From assembly GCA_043228905.1 (NCBI GenBank), contig JBHGNT010000009.1:18662001-18726000 (forward strand): a stretch of 64,000 bases of DNA, written 5' to 3'. This stretch comes from Azolla caroliniana. Taxonomy: Eukaryota > Plantae > Polypodiophyta. Both the position numbers and the translations under genes were made by a program. Below, piece by piece: positions 38,619 to 51,612 of the stretch. The notes under the pieces are model-generated. The model was given only the letters and a program-made list of their open reading frames with translations. It searched no databases and was not told the origin of the DNA. Position 1 is the first letter of the stretch. The number at the start of each line of letters is the position of its first letter.

Positions 38619-41600
38619 CTCTGTGGTCTTCTTCTTCCTATTCCCCTTTGTTTCTCCTTATACCTCCTTTTATAAAGTGTATGAGTTGATAGTCTCACTT
38701 ACTTATTGGACTCCAATTCAATTCTATTCCCCTCCCCCTTCTCTATCTCTCTCTAACCTTAGTGTGCATTCAATTCTACTCAGCTCATGAGTAGTGTTTG
38801 TATTAATTGCTCATGAGTTCCTCCGAAATCTCCTATACTCTCGACACCCGAGGTAGAGGTATAGTATATTTTTACAAGCTAAAAATGTAAACCTTCTAAA
38901 AACAATTTTGTTATATAAAGTGGTTGCTCCTCTACATGAAACTAGATTTACATAAAGTAAATATGCATGCATATAAGTACATAAAAGCAAGTCCACAATA
39001 TAATTTGGTCCACGAAAATCTTGAATATCAAGCAATTTGGTTATTGGCGAACAAACAACATTCTCTCGAGGAGTGCATCATCATGTCTTTCTCTCTCGTC
39101 TTTAAGAATGAGGTTCATTGTGCATTTAATATGTGTTATAAATACATAGCTCCTTCAAAAAGTGATAATTGATTAAAATCGTCATAGATATTAGAAAATA
39201 GGAAAATAAAAATTCATGTTTTTTGCTTACAACACCACTTATTAATAATGCCCTTAGGAAATCGAAACACCCTCTACTATCTCTAGTGTGGTATGATTAA
39301 TGGAGCTCATAAAAAATACATTATAATAACATAAGGATATGTTTTTAACTAAACGTAGTTCAAGATTTTGTATCGGGAGTAGTTTCGTCACGTAGCATGT
39401 CTCATCTAAATAAAAATGTTTCATTAAAATTTGGTATAGCTTTACTAGTTGGAACTAGTTTGGGTATGAGAATGAGCTAGGTGGCATAAGCTTATGCTTG
39501 TGAAATACAAGCAAAAGATAATGTAAAACTATAGAACCTTTTTAACTACAAAAAGGTTTAGTTTTTCATTGGTCCCGAGGAATCTTCATCCTTAGTATTG
39601 ACTTGGACAGCCTTTGTATTTGCCTTTTAAATACATTGTTATGCAACATACACAACGAAAAGCTATCTTAATCCTAAAGCGTAGGTGTACACTACATATC
39701 TTTTGTCTTAAACCCATAAACAAGTATTGTGCAACTTAAAGAAAAGAGCAACGCAAACCGTAGATGGATCATAGCAACAGGAGAACAATAAACAAGAAGG
39801 ATTATACCTTTATATTCCAATCAACAAACTTATTGTCATCATCACTAGGCAACATACATCCATTCCATATTTCTCAACATTCTTGAATATAGTCAATGTA
39901 CATCAATGGCATGTGAGCTATGAAGATAGTGTGCAATTTCATCTTTTTCATAACCTTTGCTAATTGATGTAAATGTTAGAGCATCGGGTTGTTTCTAAAA
40001 CCACCTATACATGTACATGCCTAAAATGTTAGGCAACACTCTCTCTTGAGTATGACAAGAGAGTCACAAATAATTTTCAAAGATAATATCGTTGCAAAAT
40101 CACATTCCAATTGTGAGAATGTTTGTTATTGTAGATTAAATAGAAAAACAAGAGTACTTTCTTTTCATTTTATTATTGTAAATTTGTCTCTAATTTAAGG
40201 TACTTGTTCTCGATGTTATTAAGTCTTCAATGTTGATAAGCTCTAAACCTTAATATGCATTCATTATGTCATGTTGGGTACGTGTGTTAGGAAAAAATAT
40301 TATCTAGTCCAAAAATAGAAGTCGAAATAAATAAAATGATACATTAAGTGCTTGTGTAAGCAACTTTAAACATTCACACAAGTAATTACTCAAAATATTA
40401 TGGAGTTATAACCATACTAAATTCGTGAAATTGAATAGATAAATATGGTGCGTGTTTGTCGTACTTTGTGCATCGAAACATTAATGTAGTGAATTGAATA
40501 AGTTTGGTATTGTGTATATTACTAAGATTTCTTCATAACTTAGTTTGCCCAAAACCATGTACACAAGTTGAGGTCATCCATAGTGGTCCCCGATTTTGTT
40601 TGAGATTTTGTATATTGCCTTTACATAATTTTAATTCGAGATTGATGCAGACTTACCACCAACGTGAAGGGTGATTGTATGTCATTCCTTGGTAATCATT
40701 CCATGGTTGTATTTTTTTTTTTCAAAACAAATTATCCTTCCATTAGTTATAAAGAAAGGTCATAACGGTTACATCATATAAAGTATTTTTCCCCAAGCCC
40801 GTCTTGTGTAGACAACGGTTGAGGAAACAAATCTATGTGCTCCAACATAGAGAAAACAGTCTAGCAATTACAATCTATTCCGTAGACACACTGCAAGGTA
40901 TCCATATCCATAGGCAACAACGAAAGTAGCTCTATTCGGAAACAAACCCTCTCGGGTCATAGTTATGTGTCATGGTTGTATTTTGGGGATGTCATCTCAT
41001 GTTGATAGCAAGGATTTATACCACTTTAAGTGTTCAACAAAAGAAGTAAACTTAGGATTATGCTCACAAAATGGTAGCAAAACTTTTACCTCTCATGATA
41101 GACTAGGTCAATGTCTAACCCATAACTATGTAGACTGCGACCAACCATATGATCATACGTGAATGGGTGCATTATGTGGATGTGATGTTTTCGTGTGGTT
41201 TTTGTTTGGGGTTGGCATGAGCATGATTGTTTTGAATTACATGCTCATAGCTTGCAAAAGTAAGGTGGACAAGGATTAAGCAATGTATAAACACAAGTAA
41301 AATATCTTATCATAAGTGGCCAAGAACTCATTCCCCACTTATGGTAGTATGACATCATAAAATCCAAACACAATATCCTCAAATATTTGGAAATTGAAGA
41401 ACAATAAAATTCATACTAAGAATAGTTTTATCAACATGTTTTCCCACCAAATGAGTTGTGTAAATGAGTCCATGTATGATGTGACGAATAAGCGAACTAG
41501 CTATTGGCTTTCAAGTTGTCAAGAGTTTCTCATTAGAGAAAAGTGCTTGAGAAGATATTCGTCCTACGGGAAACCTTAGTAAGAGAAAGGAGCATCATCA

Positions 41601-44600
41601 AGGGTAATGCTAATTGTCTCCCTAACAAGGCTTGAATGTGCAACAATCTGGCAACTTTGGGATCATTATAACCATTTTGATAGGCACCAAAGTCAACTCG
41701 CAATGAGTCAGGTGTCCATCATGTAATCTTGTTCCTCTTAGTTAAATTCAACCAACTAGACAAAAATGTATGATTACTTTGATCACCAACTAGACAAGCT
41801 AGAAGAAAATTTGTGATTTGATAAAAGCAAGTTTGGCTTAAACTTTAGAGTTTGACAAAAGGGCGAGACCACAAGATCATGGAATTTGTAGAATTGGCGG
41901 AAGAATTCTACAAGAAGGTAAACATATTGCGTGGGGGATGTGGAAACATTACACAAAGCCTCAATGAACTTGGAATGCTAAGAGAATGTACAACTAGTAA
42001 TGTGCCAAGGTGTAGTTTACAAATGGATTCATTTTGAATATTATTAACATTAAAACTTACATTGATATTGTTTAAATTATATTTGATGTTGTCTCACTTG
42101 TGATATGTTGATCAATAATATGGGACACTAATTACTAGAGCCAAGTCCAGTTTATTCGTTGCTAACTCTCAAATAGATGGGTATATGTATTGGCTCTTTG
42201 ATGGGATGTGAGATAGGTGACCTTTTTTACTTTGTGTACATTTATATTGTTTGTGACATGTATTAGGTTTAACTTGTGGTTGTAGCTAGGACATAAAAAT
42301 GGTATTAGAATGTGACTCCAAGGTTGGTGATCTACACTTGATAAATGAGAATGAGTCTTGGAGTCTTATCTATAAGGCGGGGAGATTTGATTGAGAGTGT
42401 GTTCACATGTTGCCAATGTCCATTCCATGTGGTATCATGTTTGGTTCTAAGATGCCTCTTCATTTCTTTGAGTTTCACTTATGTAAAGGTACAACAATTT
42501 GTGTGCGCAGGAAGTAGACATGTGAAAACATGAAAATTAGGAACATCCTTTAGCTAAAAGAGGATTCACCTCCCCAAAAATGGATAGGAACATGTGGCAA
42601 ACATGGAATGCATTCATCGATTTTTTTTATCGTGATTATGTATATGCGCAACCAATGATATGACAAAATTACCAACTAGAACTATGTCACATTCATAAGT
42701 TAACATTTTGTCCTTGATAAATTATAAGTAGTCAAAGGACAAAATAAATTAGTAAGAAAATAGATATCTTAGAAGGAATAGATATTTTCCCTTAAGAGAG
42801 GGCATTCCCATGGATATGGCCCATGGGAACTGTGGACAAAACCACTTAAAGTTTCAATACGTTCACTATAATTAATGAAGTTATGCCATTCTAAATTGTT
42901 TTCTTTTCTTTTATTGAGCATCATAGCCCACATATATGTACACATGGATATGTAAACATAAACATTACCAAGAACATTGAGAATATGCTCCAGTCTAAGT
43001 CGGATATTAATTTGACATTCAAGGACATCCAACTCCTCTCACACAAATGAAAACATGATAATTGATCATTCATAGCTAGAATGTTCTAGCATTCTCCATA
43101 AGCAACATCAACATATTTTGATAAATGCCACAAAATGCTCATTTTGTGTTAGAGATAGCTATCTATATCTATGCAATGACTCAAGTTGGAAAAACAGTAT
43201 CCTTTGCACTTTGGATGTGAAAAAAAGGTCAAATGTTGAAAGCCACAACGTCAACTCACATCCTACGTAATGATTATTGTTCTTATAAAATGTTTATACC
43301 CACAAATGTCCAATGAACACAATTTGAACATCATAATTGATTGAAACTATAAATACCAACATGCCTTGACATTAAAGAAACTATAAAATGTTTTAGTTAG
43401 AAATTCATATATTGTTGTTTATAAAGATGTTTTGTGGGTTTTGGGTTTAAGTACAAGGAACAAGAGGATGATTCCCACAAGTTTTTAGAGAGATAAATAG
43501 CCCCCTGTCAGTCAGATTGATCGAGTGCAAATAGAATAGCAATAAGGGAAAATCAATTCGGGTTACATATGAAGAGAATTACTATCATCGAGTAAGAGAG
43601 ATGCCCATTCTTGTTTTGAGTTATTTACAAATTGACTACATTTTTTATTGCCTATGGGTATATAATCGAGGAGCAACTAAGCACCCTTGTGTTTCATTTA
43701 CTTGGAGGGGTTGACTAACAATAGAAAGTTAGGGATAAAGCTAGCGATAATATCCAAATATTTTTTAATGTGACAATCAAAACCTGTAGTATATCCTCTT
43801 TGTGCTTGGCCTTCATGGTCGAGGAAGACATGCAATGAGCTTTTGTGTGGAGAATGTGCTTCTTTTAATAGTAAGAGGGGGAGGGGGGGGGGGGGGGGGG
43901 GGGTGTATATAAGAATGGTTGTGTGGGAGAATTGTGCATGACATGGTGGAAGGAATAAGAGAGAGTTTTGTGATTGACGTAGAGGGAGGAAAATTCTAGA
44001 CAATGGTATGTCATTATGGATCATTTGGAGGTCTAAGCGATGTTTCACATAGCTTAAGGTGCCATCATCTAGGGAAGTGAAGTGGTATGTTCTTAGACAT
44101 ACACTTCTATATGTCTCATGAGGGGGGGTACATAAGCATGGTTGTGTGAGAGAATTGTGCATAAGAATGGTGAAGGTAGTCAATGAACCATTTATGTTAT
44201 GTTTGACAATACTGGAAGAGACCCATGCATGTTCATATATACATGTTAACACCAACATGCTAAACATATTCTTTCTTTTATTACTAATGAATTCTTAATC
44301 TTTACCAATAAATATTTCTCTTGTGACTTCCTAATACCTTACTCAGGGTAGGCTTGTGAACCTTAGGTTCACTTTGTTTTGTTTAAAGTGATTCAATTAA
44401 AATGCGGCAAGTTTCAAGGTGACATTGCATGACATTTGATATGTGGACAGAGATAAGAAGTATATTAATACCTCTTAGGCACACCCACACCCACACCTAC
44501 CCACCCACCCACCAAGGACATTACAAGACAAATATATGATGGATACATTGAGTAATAAGTGTATCTATGCATAGTCTTTCTTAATGATGACGTTTCTTTA

Positions 44601-45134
44601 TAAACAACTATACTTAGGCCATGTTTTCTCTTATGAAAGGACTGATGTGGAGGAAAATGGTTGGACTTAAAAAAGAAGGCTAAAACAAAACATGTAAATC
44701 AATGAACTAGTACTCAATTATAGTTTGAAGTAGACATTCAACTATAAACACACTTTGTTCATTTAGTAGCACAAATGCGTTGGGGGTGTACGCCCTCTAG
44801 CCAATGGTAGACAATGAATACATATGTTCGGTATTTAATTTTAGCATTTACTATCACCACAAATGTGTTGATGTATGCATAAACCCAAAGGTTGAATCAT
44901 AATATATGGTACTTTTGATTGACATTCAGTTCGTGGTAGTTTGTGCAATCACATGTTTTGTGTGAACATGTAAGAGAGTAACCATGATCATGAGGTTTCA
45001 ATCATAATAAATACAAAGATACAGGGGAGAGTCGAGAGTCGAGAGTATAGAGTTGACTAAATGTTATATGCATTATGGGGAAGAAATCTCCTAATTATAG
45101 ACAAGAACAAGAAAACAAACAAAAACACAAGAAG

Positions 45135-46290
45135 ATGATATTGCATTGGAAGCATTGAAGAGGCGGAGTCATCAATTGGTGGGCAATCTCTTTTGACCAT
45201 CAAAAGCTTTTGGTTCCCAAGGACAACCTTTGTTCATGATGCCACTCTCTAATCGTTCCCTTTAGTCATACTCTTCACATCTATGTGCGAGACTAGCCTC
45301 TCCACACTTGTCATTCCTCGCCATCTCCCTTGTTTTTACTTCTCCTTCAAGCTCCAACCTCTCACCCACAATTGTCTCGCCTCCATCCTCAATGTCTATG
45401 TTGGCATCCTCTTGTAAATGTTCTCCTCATCGCCAATCTCTTGTTCCTTTCCTACTTTCTCCTCAAGATGCACACTTCAGTTAATACAAACATTGTGTTT
45501 GCCTTATCAAAGTCTTAATTACAACATGTTGTAATTTAGGCTAATTTAAGTGTGTGTATTATCCAAAGTTCTTATAACAAAGTGTTTGAAATTTTTGAAA
45601 TATAACTATTTCCCTTCTCATCCGTTGGGGAGATCTTTACCCAAGTTTTAGAGTACTTCCATATAGAGGACTACATCTTCTATTGGTTTCATCGTATGGA
45701 TATATCCATCATGTGCGCCATAGCTTTACATCCATCTATGCACATCCATGGCGGATCCTTTTTGGCACTTCTCCTAGGTTTTATTGCACGAGTTCTCATC
45801 CGCTCACACATCATAACTTTTTGGATTTGGGCAATATGCATTCAATTCCATGGATTCATAATCCATATAGGGTATGTATAACATGTTATGTTCTATGCAT
45901 CAATTAAATGAACTACAGTATATGCTACCAAATTTTTTGTCAATATCATCATAATATATTTAATTGTAATTACCGTAAAATATAGACAATGCATATGACT
46001 TAGGTTGGATCCTTACAAAGACGACATGCTTTTATGGAGGTTCAAGACATAATGATTATCACCACCAATATAATGCAAAGTACCCAAGCAACTTTGCACA
46101 ATTCTTTTAGATTTTCGACACCATAAATGGGAGTAACAAAGTAATACAATTACCTTGATGTTCAAGATCTTTAACAATTTATTTTGCGGTAATATGCATG
46201 CAAGTATGTATATATTAACATTCTTTAGTTTTTAGTTTGGAAGTTTTTTAGGGATACCTTTATAGAGAGAAGGATGAGAGAGAGACAATG
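45135..46290 (+). pseudogene. Degraded SMO1-like paralog (same 4-exon layout, opposite orientation)
   Basis: Recognisable DYIFYWFHR, FTSIYAHP, HIITFWIWA, YDLGW, NDYHH, GSNK|gt and ag|GYL segments, with deletions, frameshifts and stops. Confidence 0.8.
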
Positions 46291-46303
46291 AATGTTTGCC
46301 CAA

Positions 46304-46387
46304 GGATGTAGCTAACTTTGTAAGGTTGTCTCCATTTAGCTCACTTGGTAAGGAGACAATGGGGTCATGGGTTCAATCCCTACATTC
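46304..46387 (+). other. tRNA-derived (SINE-head-like) sequence
   Basis: A-box-like TAGCTCACTTGGTAA, B-box GGTTCAATCC; GATGTAG/CTACATT can pair as an acceptor stem; no canonical anticodon arm. Confidence 0.4.
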
Positions 46388-47933
46388 TATAGTGGAATCT
46401 AGTAAATTTAGAAATATCTATGGAGTAATAGAGAGGTGAGAAATTGGGTTTGGAACCCAAGACATAGTGTTAGTGTAATGACTTACAACTATGGTAATTA
46501 TGATAAAAAAAGAAAATGAATGTTTAAGTTATCGATTAAACTCAAAGGAACCCAAGACCTAGTGCTAGACTCTAGTAGTGGGGTGAGAAAATTGGGTTTC
46601 AAACCCAAGATATAGTGCTAGTAGTGTAACGACTTACAACTAGAGTAATTGGGTAATTATTATAAAAAAAAGAAAATGAATGTAGTCATAGATTAACCTC
46701 GAAGGAGAAATTGAACAAATACATTTTAAGTACTTCTATGCTCATTTAGTGTTTCATTGACAATGTACATTGAAGCATCTCATGTAAAAGTCATATTTTT
46801 CTTCCTTGAAAAATCACAATGCACAAATTTCCGCATAATCATGTTAGTTTCCATTAGCCATTTAAACCCAATTGATGGACATATAGAAAAACATAAATTA
46901 TAAAAAAAACTAAATCAATGTATATATGTAGCAAAATGTGTTCTGAAGTTGTTAGTTAGATATTAATGTGTATAAATAGCAATGATGTTTCTGCCTCTGT
47001 TTTGACTAAAGCGATGTATTTAGCGAAATGTATTCTAAAGTCATTAGTTAGATATTAATACATATAAATAGTAATGATGTCTTTGCTCCGTTTCAATACT
47101 CTCTCTAGATATACACAGTGTTGCCTTTTGCCCGGCCGTTTTGAACGTTTTTGGCAAATTTAACCGTATATAAAAGTTAATTTTAAAATGAAACCGTCAA
47201 TCTTGACGGGCATATGTTTTATGAAAACGTAAAAATGAAGGCTTAAAATTTCATAATACCGTCAAATTTTACTAAGACCAATACTATAGTAGTATAGTCC
47301 TAGGTAGTAGGAACAAATTGTTCAAGTTGCATTGGGAGTGTAGGAATTTGAAAGGCTCACATATGTCACTATGTGTGTAACAAAAAGGTAAAAAAACTAA
47401 TAGAGTCTAAATTATGAATCTTTACTTCCCAATTCCCCGTTTCCCCATCTAAGACCTTCCTTTCCCTTTTCCCCCCTTTCCCCCCTTTTCCCCCATTTTC
47501 CCTGTTTGTTCGTTGCTCCCTCAGCCCTGCACCTTGCTGGAAGCTCGCAACTCAGTGCTCACTATCCCTACTCGAAGCTTGTTGCTCGTTGCCTGCTACT
47601 CATAGATTCAGCAACATCTCCTACAACAGTCCTGCTCACCCATCTAAGGTAGCTGTGTGTGTGTGTGTGTGTGTGTGTTTAAGATTAAAATAGACTAAAC
47701 CATCCTCATTGAAGCAATAGGATCCTTAATGAATATATTTGCATGCTGCTCATATTTGCCTCACTTCCAGAAATAGATTGCAGAAAAAAGGATGTCTCTA
47801 ATGTATCCTTACAGAGGATAAGCATACACATGAAGACTCCATTGATACCTTCAATTCCTACAAAATGAATTTCACACCATAAAGTGTAAAAAAAAAACTG
47901 AAACCTCAAAAACTATCCCAAGATAAAATGTCT

Positions 47934-48497
47934 TTAAGCAGCTTCCTGTATAGGGTACTCGAACACTACTTCTTTTCCAGTTAGCTTCTTATAAGCAACA
48001 CCAAAAGTCTCTAACTTATACTCAATATTGTTCCTCTCCTTGGGGTCCAAATATACTCGCATTATACGTGAACCATCCAGACGGAAACGAACTCTTTTTC
48101 CCACAATCTCTACTGGATAGACTAAATCTTCAAGAATAGCCTCATGAACAGATGTTAATGTGCGGCTTCTAGGACGAGCAACAACTATTCCCTTCTTGGG
48201 AGGCCTCATAATGCGCCTTGTCGCAATGAAAATAACATCCTTGCCACTGAATTTCTTCTCAAGTTCACGGACAAGACGGTTGTGAATTTTCTTGAAAGAT
48301 TTCCTCAGTCTGTATGGCACATGGATTATGACAGCCTTCCTGCTTCCATTGATATCTATTTGCTTTGCAGAATTGATGAATAGATCCCTTAGGTCACTTC
48401 TTAGCTCCTGGTTAGTGTTCTCGAGATCAAAGAGAGCCTGTGCAACAGACTCTTCAAAATCATCGGGCTCGAGGCCTTTCTCCTTATGGATCTTCTT
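47934..48497 (-). pseudogene. RPS7: Intronless 40S ribosomal protein S7 (eS7) copy lacking the start codon
   Basis: Open frame [27 protein letters not shown]...[12 protein letters not shown]...[19 protein letters not shown]...[19 protein letters not shown]; no introns; first few codons replaced by a (GAA)n tract; probable 3' UTR to ~47680. Confidence 0.93.
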
Positions 48498-48515
48498 CTT
48501 CTTCCACCTGCGTCG

Positions 48516-48547
<32 letters not shown>

Positions 48548-49326
48548 ATGAACTTTAGATAATAGAGGATCTTCTTCTTCTTCTTCTTCTTCTTCTTCTT
48601 CTTCTTCTTCTTCTTCTTCTTCTTCTTCTTCTTCTTCTGCCTGCGTCCTCTCTCTCTCTCTCTCTGGTATGAACTTTAGATTAATAGAGACTAATGTTTA
48701 TTGTCTCAATAAAAATCAATAAAAATCCGCAACTTTTAACAATGATCCATCTCGTCATATCAATAGTTATTTCCTATGGTTAGGAAATTACTACATATCC
48801 AACGTTGATGGCCAGAGCATTTTCCGACTCTATTAATGGCTAAATCATTCTTATATTTCCCTCTACGGAAATTTACAATGGCTTGCCTAATATCATTGTT
48901 GCTTTTGTTAACTACGAATGTTGCTCGTACTTGTCTCATGTTTTCTTCTTTTGATTGCACCTATGGTTCCTTGATGGTGTGGGATGATACACCTTCAAGC
49001 AATTTATTTTCCTTCAAGCAATTCGTTTTCCACCATCCGATCACTCACCACATTGTTTTGCTTTTCTTGAATTCTTTGTTCTCTCTTAGCTTCTTGGTTT
49101 GCTCTCTTGTCATGCCTTTTCTAGGCTTTCATTGGTTTTAGTTGTTGAGTTCTAGATGAAGTAGATATACCACCAAATTCTTTTACTAGTCCATCAAAAC
49201 TAGTATTGCTCTCCTCTTTAAGGGCAAAAGTTTGGGAATTATATTCATGTAAAATCTCATTGCCCAACAGGTCATAACTAATATGTATGGGTTTAATGAT
49301 GCTAGTGATTGTTTTGAACTGATGGT

Positions 49327-51612
49327 ATGATCTTTTCTTTCATGACCCATTTCTTCTTATTCAGAATAATTATGGCTCCTAAAAGAAAAAACCAACGAAC
49401 CATCAGTGGGATGTTTGCATGGAAACCACCCAACGATACCAATGACATAAATCTAAACAATGATTTAAATGAGGATATGGATATGTTTGGGATTGATTTA
49501 GAGAGTTTAACTCGAGAGAGTTGTTCCTCTAATATAACTAAAGAAAAGCCTAAGAGAAAATTCCGTGAAGCACGGAGAGATAAATTCCCATGGATAAGAT
49601 GCATTGTGCAAGGAGACAAAACATTAATGAAATGTGCATGGTGTGAGAAATACGCTAGTCCTGGGCCTTGGGGTCTTGGTTCTGGATGCATTACTTTGCA
49701 ACTTGATGCAATTTTGACCCATGTCAACTCAAGTGGTCATAAATTATGTGCATCAAAGTGGATATGTGATGTTGAAGGGAAAGCAATGTCCATCCCAAAG
49801 CATGTATCACAATTGGATGATATTAACAAAAATAAGGTCATAACAACAATGAAACTCATGTACTTTATTGCAAAAAAAGATTTGTCTATCGCTACATACC
49901 AAGAATTATGTGATTTGGCTGTGCTACTAGAGGTGCCTAATATGCCTAAGCAACATGATTATATATCTTATACTAGTAGATATGGGGGATATGAATTTTT
50001 GGTTGCCTTCGGGAAATATCTTCTAGAAATTCAAAGCTCAAACCTAATAAATTCCCCATACTACTCTTTGATGCTAGATGAAAGTACTGACAATGGATTA
50101 GAGTTGCATCTCATTATGTATGTTACATATTTGCAATGTGGTGGTTGTGGGCCTAAGCAAACTGAATATATGGGTTTGCTGAAAATTCCCAATGGTAAAG
50201 GTAGAACTATATATGAACATGTTAAGCATCTATTAGGCGATCGATGCCTCAACATGAACAAGTTGATCGGATTGGCAACTGATGGTGCATCATCAATGAT
50301 TGGTAGTGAAATTGGAACAGTAACATTAATGAAAAATGATATCCCAAATTTGGTTGGTTTACATTGTATTGCTCATAGAGAAGCATTGGTTATTTCAGAT
50401 GTATCTAAAGATATCCTTGAGCTCATTCTTGTAGAAAAAATTGCAAATAAGGTATATGCATGGGCTAACAATAGTACCAAAAGGACACATGAAATTTTAG
50501 AGCTCTTGGAACAAATGCAATTGGATGCTCATAGACCATTACAAATTCATAATATTCGTTGGTTGTCATGTGGTCAAGTCATGGAAAGACTAGTGAGTAT
50601 AATGCCTGCAATACTTACTATTTGGAAGAAAGAGAACTTAAACGAGTGCTATAATAAAGCTTGTATCTATAGTGTGCAATTTTGCTTTTGTATGATGGCT
50701 GATGTGTTGCATTTGATGAATATCTTGAGCTTGAAACTTCAAAAAGAGAATTTGGATGTAACTTCAATTGGTGCAGAAATTGATATTACAATTTCTAATT
50801 TGCGGAGGTCTTTCTTGAGAAATGACACATTTGCGGATGGAACAATGTATTTATCCAAGTTCTTAAGATGTTCTAAAGTTAGGTTTTTGGAAATAGAGGA
50901 TAAAGATGGCGTTACATATATACATGAACTATACTTCAAACAAATTCCTATGGATAAAGCAAGTCAAAATGATCCAAATCCCAATATTGCAAAATCTAAG
51001 GGAATGAGGCCATTTATAGATGGATCACTTGAAAGTTGTATTAAACTATCTCAAAATTATGTGCAAAATGTTATTGATGGACTAAATGCAAGATTCCCTG
51101 ACTTAAGCCTCTTCAATGCAGCAAAATTATTCAGCCCATGCCATTATGCAGATGATGATGTGATTAGGGATAGTAAAGCAAAGACATGGTTGGGAATTTT
51201 GATTTCTCACTTACAGCCAAATGTTGATGTCAATGCATGTCCTCAAATTTCACATGATGCAAAGGCTTGTGAAATGGAACTCTATAGGTTTGTTGACACT
51301 TTACGTTTAAATTGTGAAGGCTATACTATGCATGAAGCTTGGCGTATGTTTTGCAAAATGAAGGATTGGCAAGATAGTTTCCCTCATTTGATGAAATTAT
51401 GGCAAGCTACTTTGGTTATTCCTTCTAGCACAGTTTCGTGTGAGAGAGGGTTCTCTAAGCAAAATCTCATCAAAGAGATGAAAAGAAATCGATTGAATAT
51501 AGAGCATTTAGATGATCTAATGCGAGTCTCATTGAATGGGCCACGCATTGAAGAAATACAATGGGATCGTGTACATGAAATTTGGAAAGATGCAAAGGAT
51601 AGAAGGATATAA
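49327..51612 (+). CDS. hAT transposase (ZNF862-like), apparently intact
   Basis: 761-aa uninterrupted ORF with N-terminal zinc finger (CAWC...H..S..H), DESTD, TDGAS, CIAH (CxxH), IRWLS and the dimerisation-domain CERGFS; lies inside the TIRs. Confidence 0.93.
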   Translation: MIFSFMTHFFLFRIIMAPKRKNQRTISGMFAWKPPNDTNDINLNNDLNEDMDMFGIDLESLTRESCSSNITKEKPKRKFREARRDKFPWIRCIVQGDKTLMKCAWCEKYASPGPWGLGSGCITLQLDAILTHVNSSGHKLCASKWICDVEGKAMSIPKHVSQLDDINKNKVITTMKLMYFIAKKDLSIATYQELCDLAVLLEVPNMPKQHDYISYTSRYGGYEFLVAFGKYLLEIQSSNLINSPYYSLMLDESTDNGLELHLIMYVTYLQCGGCGPKQTEYMGLLKIPNGKGRTIYEHVKHLLGDRCLNMNKLIGLATDGASSMIGSEIGTVTLMKNDIPNLVGLHCIAHREALVISDVSKDILELILVEKIANKVYAWANNSTKRTHEILELLEQMQLDAHRPLQIHNIRWLSCGQVMERLVSIMPAILTIWKKENLNECYNKACIYSVQFCFCMMADVLHLMNILSLKLQKENLDVTSIGAEIDITISNLRRSFLRNDTFADGTMYLSKFLRCSKVRFLEIEDKDGVTYIHELYFKQIPMDKASQNDPNPNIAKSKGMRPFIDGSLESCIKLSQNYVQNVIDGLNARFPDLSLFNAAKLFSPCHYADDDVIRDSKAKTWLGILISHLQPNVDVNACPQISHDAKACEMELYRFVDTLRLNCEGYTMHEAWRMFCKMKDWQDSFPHLMKLWQATLVIPSSTVSCERGFSKQNLIKEMKRNRLNIEHLDDLMRVSLNGPRIEEIQWDRVHEIWKDAKDRRI

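Noticed and set aside
39000-44500. Short ORFs and Cys/His-containing fragments, possibly a decayed DNA transposon
   Set aside because: No motif, TIR or TSD could be identified with confidence; left unannotated.
48760-49300. Possible second (antisense) ORF in the hAT element
   Set aside because: Only a 66-aa non-ATG frame with stops upstream and no recognisable domain.
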